This document shows, in pieces, positions 8,731 through 16,717 of a stretch of 26,904 nucleotides of DNA; position 1 is the stretch's first letter; each line of letters starts with the position of its first letter. The stretch spans positions 1-26,904 of the forward strand of contig DIKD01000006.1 of assembly GCA_002421585.1 (NCBI GenBank), in the 5' to 3' direction. The notes under the pieces are model-generated. The model was not told the DNA's origin, searched no databases, and saw nothing but the letters and a program-made list of their open reading frames with translations. Source of the stretch: Dehalococcoidia bacterium UBA5627. GTDB taxonomy: Bacteria > Chloroflexota > Dehalococcoidia > Dehalococcoidales > UBA5627. The position numbers and the translations under genes are program-made.

Positions 8731-9956
8731 TGGTTCTCATAAAGGTTATGTAAATCGTCAAGATTTTTAATTCCCGAGGTTAGCTCTATAAAATCCCTAA
8801 CATCACCGGAACGGTCCCTTAAATCCCATAGCATATCTCCAATAGGGTTAACTGATGACGGACCACTGGCATATGTTCCGTAAAAAGCAAAATATGCCTG
8901 ATTGAGTCGCCGTATGTAATAACCGTTGGAAAGGATATACAACCTTCTTTCTTCCATATAGGCTTCGGCTTTTTCAATTTCCCCTTCCGCAAGATAATTG
9001 TCGACCGTAATGCGGATATTTCTCATTTCTTCATAATAATCAAAGTCATTACTTTCCGTATAAACAAAGATATTTTCTTTAAAATAAGAGGCATAATAGT
9101 TTTGATAAACCGTAGAGGCGATTTCATCACTGACAATGCCTGCTATCGTTTCATTTATTGTTGATATATGGCTGTCTTCATATATTCCCAGCAGGTTAAA
9201 TGCATATAAAAAACCTGTAGGCTTAAAAAACAAATATTGATGAAACCATTCCTCGATTGCTGTGTCTAGCGTGAATTCCAGCCCTGCATTGTTGGTAACA
9301 AACGAGGGAAAGGTAGCCATACCCCCTACTCTTAATACAATTGAAGAATATCCGAGTTCGTCTATTTCCGTTTCTATTTGAGTTATTTCATCAATAGTTA
9401 AATCCTGAACCAGAATTATTTCCCTCATCCGGTATATGTCATCTTTGGGTGACACAATTAAAAGATGCGGGGGGGATTCCAGCGAAAAATTAATAGGTGG
9501 AAATGGTATGTCAATTCCGATAATATCATTATATAAATATAAATCCAGTTGTTTTAATGTTTCTCTGATTTGCAGTTCAATTATTTTTTCCACCTTTTTC
9601 TTTTTGGATTCTCTGTCCTGCTTTAAAATATTCAATTGTTTTTGCATAGAAGATAATTCATCATTATCAATCTGGTCTTTATAATATAATATTTGAAACT
9701 CCAATGACGATATTTCTTCCAGTAAACTGAAAAAATCTACAACAAAACGGGGATCGTCGATTTTATAATCGTTATCGCCAAAGATAACCTGTTCTATTTC
9801 CGCTGTTAAAGTCCTGATTTCCCATTCAAATATGCTGAAACGATAAGGATTAATTATATTATTCAATGAACGGTCAAAATCATTTGCTGTTTGGCAGGAA
9901 CCAAACAATATACAAGCAATGAATAAAACTGAGCTAATAAGTACCTTGATTTTCAT
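8727..9956 (-). CDS. Putative lipoprotein, distant zincin/aminopeptidase-like protein with EExxH motif
   Basis: Signal peptide with lipobox-like LFGSC; AIEEWFHQYL followed by INETIAGIV, then RLNQAYFAFYGTY. Confidence 0.7.
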   Translation of the reverse strand: MKIKVLISSVLFIACILFGSCQTANDFDRSLNNIINPYRFSIFEWEIRTLTAEIEQVIFGDNDYKIDDPRFVVDFFSLLEEISSLEFQILYYKDQIDNDELSSMQKQLNILKQDRESKKKKVEKIIELQIRETLKQLDLYLYNDIIGIDIPFPPINFSLESPPHLLIVSPKDDIYRMREIILVQDLTIDEITQIETEIDELGYSSIVLRVGGMATFPSFVTNNAGLEFTLDTAIEEWFHQYLFFKPTGFLYAFNLLGIYEDSHISTINETIAGIVSDEIASTVYQNYYASYFKENIFVYTESNDFDYYEEMRNIRITVDNYLAEGEIEKAEAYMEERRLYILSNGYYIRRLNQAYFAFYGTYASGPSSVNPIGDMLWDLRDRSGDVRDFIELTSGIKNLDDLHNLYENH

Positions 9957-10075
9957 TATTAAGAGCTATGTTGGAAACAAATGCAATACTACTATATAAT
10001 TATATAATACGTGTTCTTATTATTATAACATCTAAACTCATCTTACACAGCGTATTATTCCGGAAATAAAAAATT

Positions 10076-10864
10076 ATGAAAGATTATTATAAAATTCTTG
10101 AAGTTTCTGAAACAGCAGACTCGCAACAAATAAAAAGTGCATTTAGAAAACTGGCTTTCCAATATCATCCCGATAAGAATCCGGGCAATGAAAAAGAAGC
10201 CGAAGCTAAATTTAAAGAGATTAACGAAGCATTTGCCGTACTTGGGGATGAGAGCAAGAGGGAGCAGTATGATATGGCAAGAAAGGGAGGGTTTGCCGGG
10301 GCTGGTCATCAAGGCTTTAATTTCTCCCAGCAGGATATTTTTAATGGAATGTTTACCAATCAAGCCTTCTACGAGGAATTGAATCGCATGTTTAGTCAGG
10401 CAGGATTAAGGTTTGACAGTGATTTTTTCGGACAGTCTTTTGCTAACGGGAATACCGTATTCAGATTCTATACCAATATGGGTAATACCAATACTGATTA
10501 TAGTCGGGCTTCTTCTCAAACCAATGCTTATAAACCGGGTTTAATGGAACGTGTGGCAACAAAATTAATTAACCGAATAACTCGATTTATACTAAAAAAA
10601 ATGTTCGGAATAGAATATAAACCTGATCTGAACGTTCAAACAGAGCTTGATATACTTCCGCAGGAAGCTTTGTACGGTGTTGAAAAGGAAATTACTTATC
10701 AAAGAGGAAAGAGTAAAAAGAAGCTTCTCCTAAAAATACCATCCGGGATTAAGTCAGGGACTAAAATCAGACTGACAGGGATGGGTTTGACCAAAAATAA
10801 ATTAAAAGGCGATCTTATTGTCCATATAAAAATTAAAGAACAATCTCCTTTGAATTCGGGGTAA
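10076..10864 (+). CDS. J-domain (DnaJ/CbpA-like) co-chaperone with no zinc finger and a shortened C-terminal domain
   Basis: [26 protein letters not shown]; G/F-rich linker; C-terminal [23 protein letters not shown]. Confidence 0.9.
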   Translation: MKDYYKILEVSETADSQQIKSAFRKLAFQYHPDKNPGNEKEAEAKFKEINEAFAVLGDESKREQYDMARKGGFAGAGHQGFNFSQQDIFNGMFTNQAFYEELNRMFSQAGLRFDSDFFGQSFANGNTVFRFYTNMGNTNTDYSRASSQTNAYKPGLMERVATKLINRITRFILKKMFGIEYKPDLNVQTELDILPQEALYGVEKEITYQRGKSKKKLLLKIPSGIKSGTKIRLTGMGLTKNKLKGDLIVHIKIKEQSPLNSG

Positions 10865-10921
10865 TATTCTTTAAACACTATGTGTAAGAAATCTGTGCAC
10901 ATCAATGTAATAAAAAGCCGA

Positions 10922-10951
10922 TTGATTAACTTCGTAATAATAGGGTAAAAT
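10922..10951 (+). promoter_or_regulatory. Sigma70-type promoter for tRNA-Arg and probably the por operon
   Basis: TTGATT (10922-10927), 18-nt spacer, TAAAAT (10946-10951), ending 8 nt before the tRNA. Confidence 0.55.
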
Positions 10952-10959
10952 GTGTTATT

Positions 10960-11032
10960 GCCCCTGTAGCTCAGTTGGATAGAGCACCAGCCTCCGGAGC
11001 TGGGAGCGAGAGTTCGAGTCTCTCCGGGGGCG
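10960..11032 (+). tRNA. tRNA-Arg (anticodon CCG)
   Basis: GCCCCTG acceptor stem pairs with CGGGGGC; anticodon arm CCAGC-CTCCGGA-GCTGG; T arm GAGAG-TTCGAGT-CTCTC. No encoded CCA. Confidence 0.97.
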
Positions 11033-11060
11033 GTTATATTAAGAAAGAGGGGTTGTACAG

Positions 11061-11642
11061 ATGGAATTAAACGAACCTATTGCAATCAGAATTCATGGCC
11101 GTGGAGGCCAGGGTGCTGTTACCCTTGCTGAAGTAGTGGCGCAAGCCGCTATCGGTGAAGGAAAATATGCACAGGCGTTTCCCAGTTTCGGACCGGAAAG
11201 AAGGGGTGCTCCGGTTCAGGCTTACATCAGAATCGATGATAATAAACCTATTAGAAACAGAGCAGGTGTAGTCTACCCCGACATTGTTGTTGTACTCGAC
11301 CCCGGTTTACTGAATATTGCAAATATCACCGCCGGCCTCAAGGAGGATGGCATACTTGTAATTAATACCCGTCAAGCATTGGATAGTATCGATATCAAAC
11401 TGGGTGATAATCAGAAACTGGCTGTAATAGACGCAACCAGTATTGCCAGAGAGACACTGGGTGTGCCGATTGTGAATACCACCATGATTGGAGCACTGGT
11501 TAAAGCCAAAGGCGTTGTTAATGTAGAATCGCTGCTTGAACCTTTAAACAAGAGGTTTGGTCGATTAGCAGAAAAAAATATAAGCGCTATGAAAAAGGCT
11601 TATGAAAATACTCTGGTTAAGGAGAAAAAAGCAATTGGGTAA
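11061..11642 (+). CDS. porC: Pyruvate/2-oxoacid:ferredoxin oxidoreductase gamma subunit
   Basis: IRIHGRGGQGAVT, AFPSFGPERRGAPV, PDIVVVLD, NTTMIGA. Confidence 0.93.
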   Translation: MELNEPIAIRIHGRGGQGAVTLAEVVAQAAIGEGKYAQAFPSFGPERRGAPVQAYIRIDDNKPIRNRAGVVYPDIVVVLDPGLLNIANITAGLKEDGILVINTRQALDSIDIKLGDNQKLAVIDATSIARETLGVPIVNTTMIGALVKAKGVVNVESLLEPLNKRFGRLAEKNISAMKKAYENTLVKEKKAIG

Positions 11643-11925
11643 ATCAGAAAACGAGCTGACCTGGAAAGAAATAGAGGTTGGTTGTATTGTCACAGAACCC
11701 GGTAACGCCAGTCAGTATAAAACCGGTGACTGGCGTTCGCAGAGACCCACCTATGACTTCAGTAAGTGTATTAAGTGCGGTATGTGCCAGATATTCTGCC
11801 CTGAAGGCTGCATAAATCAGAACGAAGAGGGCTATTTCGTTGCTGACCTCTTTTATTGCAAAGGATGCGGTATTTGCGCACATGAGTGTCCTACATTTGT
11901 AATAACTATGAAGGAGGAGGAATAA
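11635..11925 (+). CDS. porD: Pyruvate/2-oxoacid:ferredoxin oxidoreductase delta subunit (2x[4Fe-4S])
   Basis: KTGDWRSQRP, CIKCGMCQIFCP, YCKGCGICAHECP. The start is probably TTG 11635 behind AAGGAG (ORF track gives 11602). Confidence 0.92.
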   Translation: MGKSENELTWKEIEVGCIVTEPGNASQYKTGDWRSQRPTYDFSKCIKCGMCQIFCPEGCINQNEEGYFVADLFYCKGCGICAHECPTFVITMKEEE

Positions 11926-13106
11926 TGTCAAAAAGGGTTGGTATTGAAGTATCCATTGCCCTCGCAGATGTTGTAGGTATGGCCAATACTGATGTCGTTG
12001 CGGCTTATCCGATTACTCCTCAAACTCACATTGTTGAGCACCTTGCGGAACTGGTTGCCGATGGTGAACTGGATGCCGAATATATTCCGGTTGAGTCCGA
12101 ACACTCTGCAATGAGCGCTTGTATGGGTTCTGCCGCTGCCGGTGCCAGAACGTTTACTGCTACTGCCGGTCAGGGGCTTGAGTTGATGCATGAATGTTTA
12201 TATGTTGCCAGTGCAATGAGGCTTCCGGTAGTTATGGCAGTTGCCAACAGGGCACTATCCGCACCTATCAGTGTTTGGGGCGATCATTCCGATGTAATGG
12301 CTTGTAGGGATACCGGCTGGATTCAGATTTTTACCGAAAACGGGCAGGAAGTTGTTGATACTGCTTTATGTGCATTCCGCATTGCGGAAGATAACAATGT
12401 ATTATTACCGACAATGGTGCATCTGGATGGATTCCACTTGTCGCATGTTATCGAGCCTATTATGATGCCGGAACAAAGTCAGGTTGATGCTTTCCTCCCG
12501 CCTAATAAATATCCGTTCTTTTTAGACCCCGCCCGACCCCAGGCAATGGGCGATTTTGCTCCGCCCGCTATCTATACAGAGACCAAATGGGCACAGGAAG
12601 TAAACCTGCAAAAATCAAAAGAGACTATATTAAAAGCGTGGAAAGAATTTGCGGAAATTTTTGGCAGAGAATACAAACCGGTTGAAAGTTATCGTTGCGA
12701 GGACGCAAAAATCCTCTTGTTGACTATGGGAAGTTACAGTGAAACTGCAATGACGGCTATTGACGCAATGAGGGAAAAGGCTGAATGTGAAAACGTCGGT
12801 TTATTAAGGCTTCGTCTGTGGCGTCCTTTCCCGACGGATGAACTCAGAAAAGCAGTTGAAAACGCTGACGTATTAATAATCCTTGATAGAGCTTTATCTT
12901 TCGGTTCAGCCGGTGGTCCTGTTGGTATGGAAATTAAATCTGCTTTATATGATGTTTCCAAAAAACCGAAGATAGTTAACTTTGTCGGCGGTTTGGGCGG
13001 TCGAGACATAACCGTTGGCAACTTTGAAGAATTAATTAAAAAAGGTATAGACATTGCCGGAAACGGCAGTGAAAATGAATTTGAAATATTCGGGGTGAGG
13101 GAATAA
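11925..13106 (+). CDS. porA: Pyruvate/2-oxoacid:ferredoxin oxidoreductase alpha subunit
   Basis: AAYPITPQT, VESEHSAMSA, TATAGQGLELMHE, NRALSAP, LRLWRPFP, GLGGRDI. Start at ATG 11925, overlapping the porD stop, behind GGAGG. Confidence 0.95.
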   Translation: MSKRVGIEVSIALADVVGMANTDVVAAYPITPQTHIVEHLAELVADGELDAEYIPVESEHSAMSACMGSAAAGARTFTATAGQGLELMHECLYVASAMRLPVVMAVANRALSAPISVWGDHSDVMACRDTGWIQIFTENGQEVVDTALCAFRIAEDNNVLLPTMVHLDGFHLSHVIEPIMMPEQSQVDAFLPPNKYPFFLDPARPQAMGDFAPPAIYTETKWAQEVNLQKSKETILKAWKEFAEIFGREYKPVESYRCEDAKILLLTMGSYSETAMTAIDAMREKAECENVGLLRLRLWRPFPTDELRKAVENADVLIILDRALSFGSAGGPVGMEIKSALYDVSKKPKIVNFVGGLGGRDITVGNFEELIKKGIDIAGNGSENEFEIFGVRE

Positions 13107-14062
13107 TGGAAAATAGTACAATTTACGTTCCCAAGTTAATAACCAAAAAAGAAAATTTCGCACCGGGGCATCGCGCCTGTATCGGTTGCGGTGAAGCACT
13201 GGCGGTCAGATTAGCTTTTAAGTCCATAGGACAAAACGTTATTGTGGTAAATGCGACCGGTTGTGTTGAGATATTTACATCACAACTGCCGTATACTTCA
13301 TGGCGTGTTCCCTGGATTCATACCCTTTTTGAAAATACGGCGGCAGTAGCTTCCGGAATCGAATCCGCCCGAAAAGCGATGGTGCGTAAAGGAATAATAG
13401 AGGATAAAAACACAAAAATAGTAGCTATTGCAGGAGACGGCGGTACCATAGATATCGGTTTACAGGCGTTATCCGGCGCTATGGAAAGAGGACATGATTT
13501 CCTTTATATCTGTTTTGATAATGAAGCCTATATGAATACCGGTATTCAAAGGTCTTCTGCGACGCCGTTCGGAGCCTCAACAACCACTTCGCCGGCCGGA
13601 AAAGAAAGTATAGGTCAATTTGCATGGAAAAAGGATATGCCGGCTATCGCGGTAGCTCACAATATTCCTTATGTGGCTACTGCCAATCCCAGTTATCCGT
13701 TCGACTTGATGGAAAAGGTTAAAAAGGGATTGGCAGCAAAAGGGCCTGCATATATACAGGTATTATCAGCCTGCCCAACCGGTTGGGGTTGTGCCGGCGA
13801 ACTTTCCGTAAAGATCGGAAGACTTGCTGCCAAAACAGGAGTGTTTCCGTTATATGAAGTAGAGAACGGAAAATACAGAATTACGGTTGATTTCCCGAAA
13901 TTGCTTCCCATCACGGATTATACCAGCTTACAGAAGAGATTTCGTCATTTAAATCCAGAAATGCTGGAGCAGATTCAACAGAAAGTTATCGAGAAGTACG
14001 AAGAGCTTAAAGAAAAAGCCGAGATGAGCGGTTGCTGCTGCCAGGCAGGTACGGAGGAATAA
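13106..14062 (+). CDS. porB: Pyruvate/2-oxoacid:ferredoxin oxidoreductase beta subunit (TPP-binding)
   Basis: PGHRACIGCG, NATGC, GDGGTIDIGLQ, DNEAYMNTGIQRS, SACPTGW. C-terminal tail MSGCCCQAGTEE. Confidence 0.95.
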   Translation: MENSTIYVPKLITKKENFAPGHRACIGCGEALAVRLAFKSIGQNVIVVNATGCVEIFTSQLPYTSWRVPWIHTLFENTAAVASGIESARKAMVRKGIIEDKNTKIVAIAGDGGTIDIGLQALSGAMERGHDFLYICFDNEAYMNTGIQRSSATPFGASTTTSPAGKESIGQFAWKKDMPAIAVAHNIPYVATANPSYPFDLMEKVKKGLAAKGPAYIQVLSACPTGWGCAGELSVKIGRLAAKTGVFPLYEVENGKYRITVDFPKLLPITDYTSLQKRFRHLNPEMLEQIQQKVIEKYEELKEKAEMSGCCCQAGTEE

Positions 14063-14063
14063 G

Positions 14064-14438
14064 ATGAGAGAAATAATCAATGATACAAAAGACAGGTGTA
14101 TTCTTTGTAAAAAGTGTGTGGGTATATGCCGTAAAACAGTTGGAAGAGAAGCAATAAGTTATGTAGAAGATCAAAATGGGAATGGTTCGATTGTATTCGA
14201 TTTTGATAAATGTATTGTGTGCGGTTCATGTGACTATATATGTGCCGATAATGCTATAATTATAGAAGATATCGTGGATACCAGGGTAATGGTTACTCCC
14301 AGTGGCCGAAAAGAATTCAAGTTGAAACAGTGTGCGAAATGCGGTTACTATTGGGCACCCGAACAGCAGATTAAGTTCATGTCTGAACAGGCTAATTTGC
14401 CGCTGAGTGCCTTTGAGTTATGCTCGGATTGCAGATAA
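14064..14438 (+). CDS. Small 2x[4Fe-4S] dicluster protein with C-terminal CxxC...CxxC (rubredoxin/zinc-ribbon-like) module
   Basis: CILCKKCVGIC, CIVCGSCDYIC, CAKCG...CSDCR. Starts 1 nt after the porB stop, with SD GGAGG. Confidence 0.85.
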   Translation: MREIINDTKDRCILCKKCVGICRKTVGREAISYVEDQNGNGSIVFDFDKCIVCGSCDYICADNAIIIEDIVDTRVMVTPSGRKEFKLKQCAKCGYYWAPEQQIKFMSEQANLPLSAFELCSDCR

Positions 14439-14499
14439 TTCATTATATTTTATGTAAAATATGTGTTGATATTTGCTTCGTTTGATTAGCCTAAAACAA

Positions 14500-14572
14500 C
14501 GGGGTGTGGCGCAGTTGGTAGCGCGCAGCGTTTGGGACGCTGAGGTCGGAGGTTCGAGCCCTCTCACCCCGA
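14500..14572 (+). tRNA. tRNA-Pro (anticodon TGG)
   Basis: CGGGGTG/CACCCCG acceptor stem; anticodon arm CAGCG-TTTGGGA-CGCTG; T loop TTCGAGC. No encoded CCA. Confidence 0.97.
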
Positions 14573-14579
14573 TTTTAGT

Positions 14580-14605
14580 AGCGGTTTAACGGTAACTGCT
14601 TTTTT
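14580..14605 (+). terminator. Intrinsic terminator after tRNA-Pro
   Basis: Stem AGCGGTT/AACTGCT (one G-U pair) with a 7-nt loop, followed by a T run. Confidence 0.65.
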
Positions 14606-14653
14606 GGATTTTGTATTATCTTTGTTGATATTTTACCTTGGACCTGATTCGTA

Positions 14654-15040
14654 TTACCCGAATCTTTCCAAGAATTCCAAAAAGCGGGCACGTAATTCTT
14701 TGTATTCGTTAATGATCTTCTGCCCTTCGGCAGTCAGAATTGCCTGACCACCGCCGGCTCCACCCAGCATTTTAATTACCAGAGGCTTGGGAGCTAATCT
14801 GTTCATTTCTTCCACTTCAAGCCAGGCATTGCGATATCCCATTCCCATTTTTCGGGCAGCGGCAGCGATTGAGCCGAGGTTATCGATTTGCTCCAATAAC
14901 TCTACCCTGCCCCAACCCATGTAGACTTCGCCGTCTTTTTCAACCCAAACCTTGCCCTTGGCTTTATAGGGTGACTCCGTCGTCAAATCGCCTCTAAGCG
15001 ACACCTCGATGATATCATTATCTTTAGATTTTTTTCTCAT
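14654..15040 (-). CDS. modE: ModE-family winged-helix regulator, N-terminal domain only (no TOBE/molybdate-binding domains)
   Basis: GKVWVEKDG, GRVELLEQI, GSIAAAARKMGMGYRNAW, GGAGGGQAILT; only 128 aa. Confidence 0.85.
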   Translation of the reverse strand: MRKKSKDNDIIEVSLRGDLTTESPYKAKGKVWVEKDGEVYMGWGRVELLEQIDNLGSIAAAARKMGMGYRNAWLEVEEMNRLAPKPLVIKMLGGAGGGQAILTAEGQKIINEYKELRARFLEFLERFG

Positions 15041-15121
15041 ATGATTACTCTCTTCGACATTTTAACTTGTAGATTAGATTATTGCAACATTTCGGCCGTA
15101 ACTTACAGGGTATTGAGAGTG

Positions 15122-15150
15122 TTCACAATTTTATGTCTGCGTGCTATAAT
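15122..15150 (+). promoter_or_regulatory. Near-consensus sigma70-type promoter for the zinc-ribbon gene
   Basis: TTCACA (15122-15127), 17-nt spacer, extended -10 TGcTATAAT (hexamer 15145-15150). Confidence 0.7.
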
Positions 15151-15208
15151 AACCCCGAACGACCAGTCCAGATAGCTGAATAGGCAATTGGTAATACAGG
15201 AGAATAAA

Positions 15209-15652
15209 ATGAAGTGTTCATCTTGCGGAGGAGACATTGATAAATCTCGCTTCCCGGCGGACATTACTTTTTGCCCTTTTTGCGGGGACGAATTGCAAAG
15301 TAAAGAAGATGCAAACGGGATGCAGTTTTGTCCATATTGCGGTGAAAAACTCATTATTAAAGCTACTTTTTGTCCTCATTGCGGGAAAAAATTGTTGATT
15401 TCCGGAAAAGCTGAATCATCTCAAAGAGTAGAACCCAAGAAGATTATTCACCAAGCAGCTAAACCGGTCATAGAAAGTATCAAGGAAAATATAGGCCCTG
15501 AAAGAAAAATGCGAAAGCTTTATAAACAATGGATAGAGTATTCCAATTTACCGCCTGAAGAAATCCCCTCCATTAATAAGGATATAGAAGAGAGAAACAG
15601 GCCAAGAGACGAGGAAGTTTCAGGAAACGACTACCGCGATTTCGTTCAGTGA
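15209..15652 (+). CDS. Double zinc-ribbon domain protein
   Basis: Four CxxC pairs (CSSC, CPFC, CPYC, CPHC). Start moved to ATG 15209 behind CAGGAG. Confidence 0.8.
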   Translation: MKCSSCGGDIDKSRFPADITFCPFCGDELQSKEDANGMQFCPYCGEKLIIKATFCPHCGKKLLISGKAESSQRVEPKKIIHQAAKPVIESIKENIGPERKMRKLYKQWIEYSNLPPEEIPSINKDIEERNRPRDEEVSGNDYRDFVQ

Positions 15653-15703
15653 TGCTTGTATCTACATTGTAAAATGGATTAAATATTGCTCTATCTAGGA
15701 CAT

Positions 15704-16717
15704 TCAGTTAGGAAACCCGCTTGAGCGGTAGCAGTTCATATTTTTATCCACCAGCAGAGCTTCCGTACCGGGTAGGCTTTCTATCAAATTCAGAGCGTCA
15801 TTTTTGCCCATAATTATACAAGCTGTAGAGAGCGCATCGGCTTCTATGGTATCTTTAGCTATTACGGTTGCGCTGGCTAATTCTGTCGGAGATACCCCCG
15901 TTCTGGGGTCGATTATAAAGTTATATAAATAGTCGTCAGTAAAATAGGCTTCATAATCACCGGATGTCGAAATTGCCCAGTTACCTGAATCGATAACGGA
16001 GAGATAGCTTGAATTATCTCTGGGATTGGCTATACCGATGGTCCAAAGATTGCCGTCATTCTTAGTACCTCGGGGGTAGATCTCTCCGCCACCATTAATG
16101 AGCACATTAGCTATATCTCCCTGCCCCAGCAATGCGGCTGCTTTATCTACAATATATCCAACGGCTATGCTGTCCAGAGTAATATGCGCGCCCGATTTTT
16201 GCAGTGTAATATCATTTCCATTTATGTTAATTGCTTGATACCCTACCAGCGATTTTGCTTCAGCTATTGTTTCAAATTCCGGAGGGGCATTATTTCTATT
16301 AAAACTTTTTTGATTTAGTTCCAGAAGCGGGAGAGAGGTAACGTCAAAAAGACCACCCGTTACCTCTGAATACTGAATTGAAGTCTTCAAAATGGAAATC
16401 AGGTCGTCTGAAGCCCGATCAATATGTCCGGTCCGGTTGAGGCTGTAAAGTTCGCTTCTTGAGTCAAAACGATTGAAGACAGCGGATAAGCGACTTATTT
16501 CCTCAAAAGTATTTCTAACCATATTACGTGCATTCTTTTCATCTGTATCGACTGCCTTAATAGTAACGAATGTCCCCATTAAAACCTGGGTTTCCTCGTA
16601 TATTTTTAAATCAGGTTCAGCCAACAATTTATTGACACCAATAGCTCCCAGAGCTAATGCTCCCGCCCCTGCCGCAGTAAACTTTATAAAATCCCGGCGT
16701 GATAACCTGTTATTCAT
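15704..16717 (-). CDS. apbE: FAD:protein FMN transferase (ApbE/Ftp family) with twin-arginine signal peptide
   Basis: SRRDFIKF Tat motif; LMGTFV, GLFDVT, LDSIAVGYIVD, INGGGEI, ISTSGDY, IIDPRTG, ADALST. Start at ATG 16717 (alternative 16735). Confidence 0.92.
   Translation of the reverse strand: MNNRLSRRDFIKFTAAGAGALALGAIGVNKLLAEPDLKIYEETQVLMGTFVTIKAVDTDEKNARNMVRNTFEEISRLSAVFNRFDSRSELYSLNRTGHIDRASDDLISILKTSIQYSEVTGGLFDVTSLPLLELNQKSFNRNNAPPEFETIAEAKSLVGYQAININGNDITLQKSGAHITLDSIAVGYIVDKAAALLGQGDIANVLINGGGEIYPRGTKNDGNLWTIGIANPRDNSSYLSVIDSGNWAISTSGDYEAYFTDDYLYNFIIDPRTGVSPTELASATVIAKDTIEADALSTACIIMGKNDALNLIESLPGTEALLVDKNMNCYRSSGFPN

Noticed and set aside
15157-15208. Possible structured leader (ACCAGT/ATTGGT stem) upstream of the zinc-ribbon gene
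   Set aside because: The pairing is weak, does not occlude the SD and matches no riboswitch I recognise.
15103-15354. Minus-strand 83-aa ORF with Cys/Pro motifs
   Set aside because: It is antisense to the zinc-ribbon gene, which has the promoter, SD and coherent CxxC pattern.
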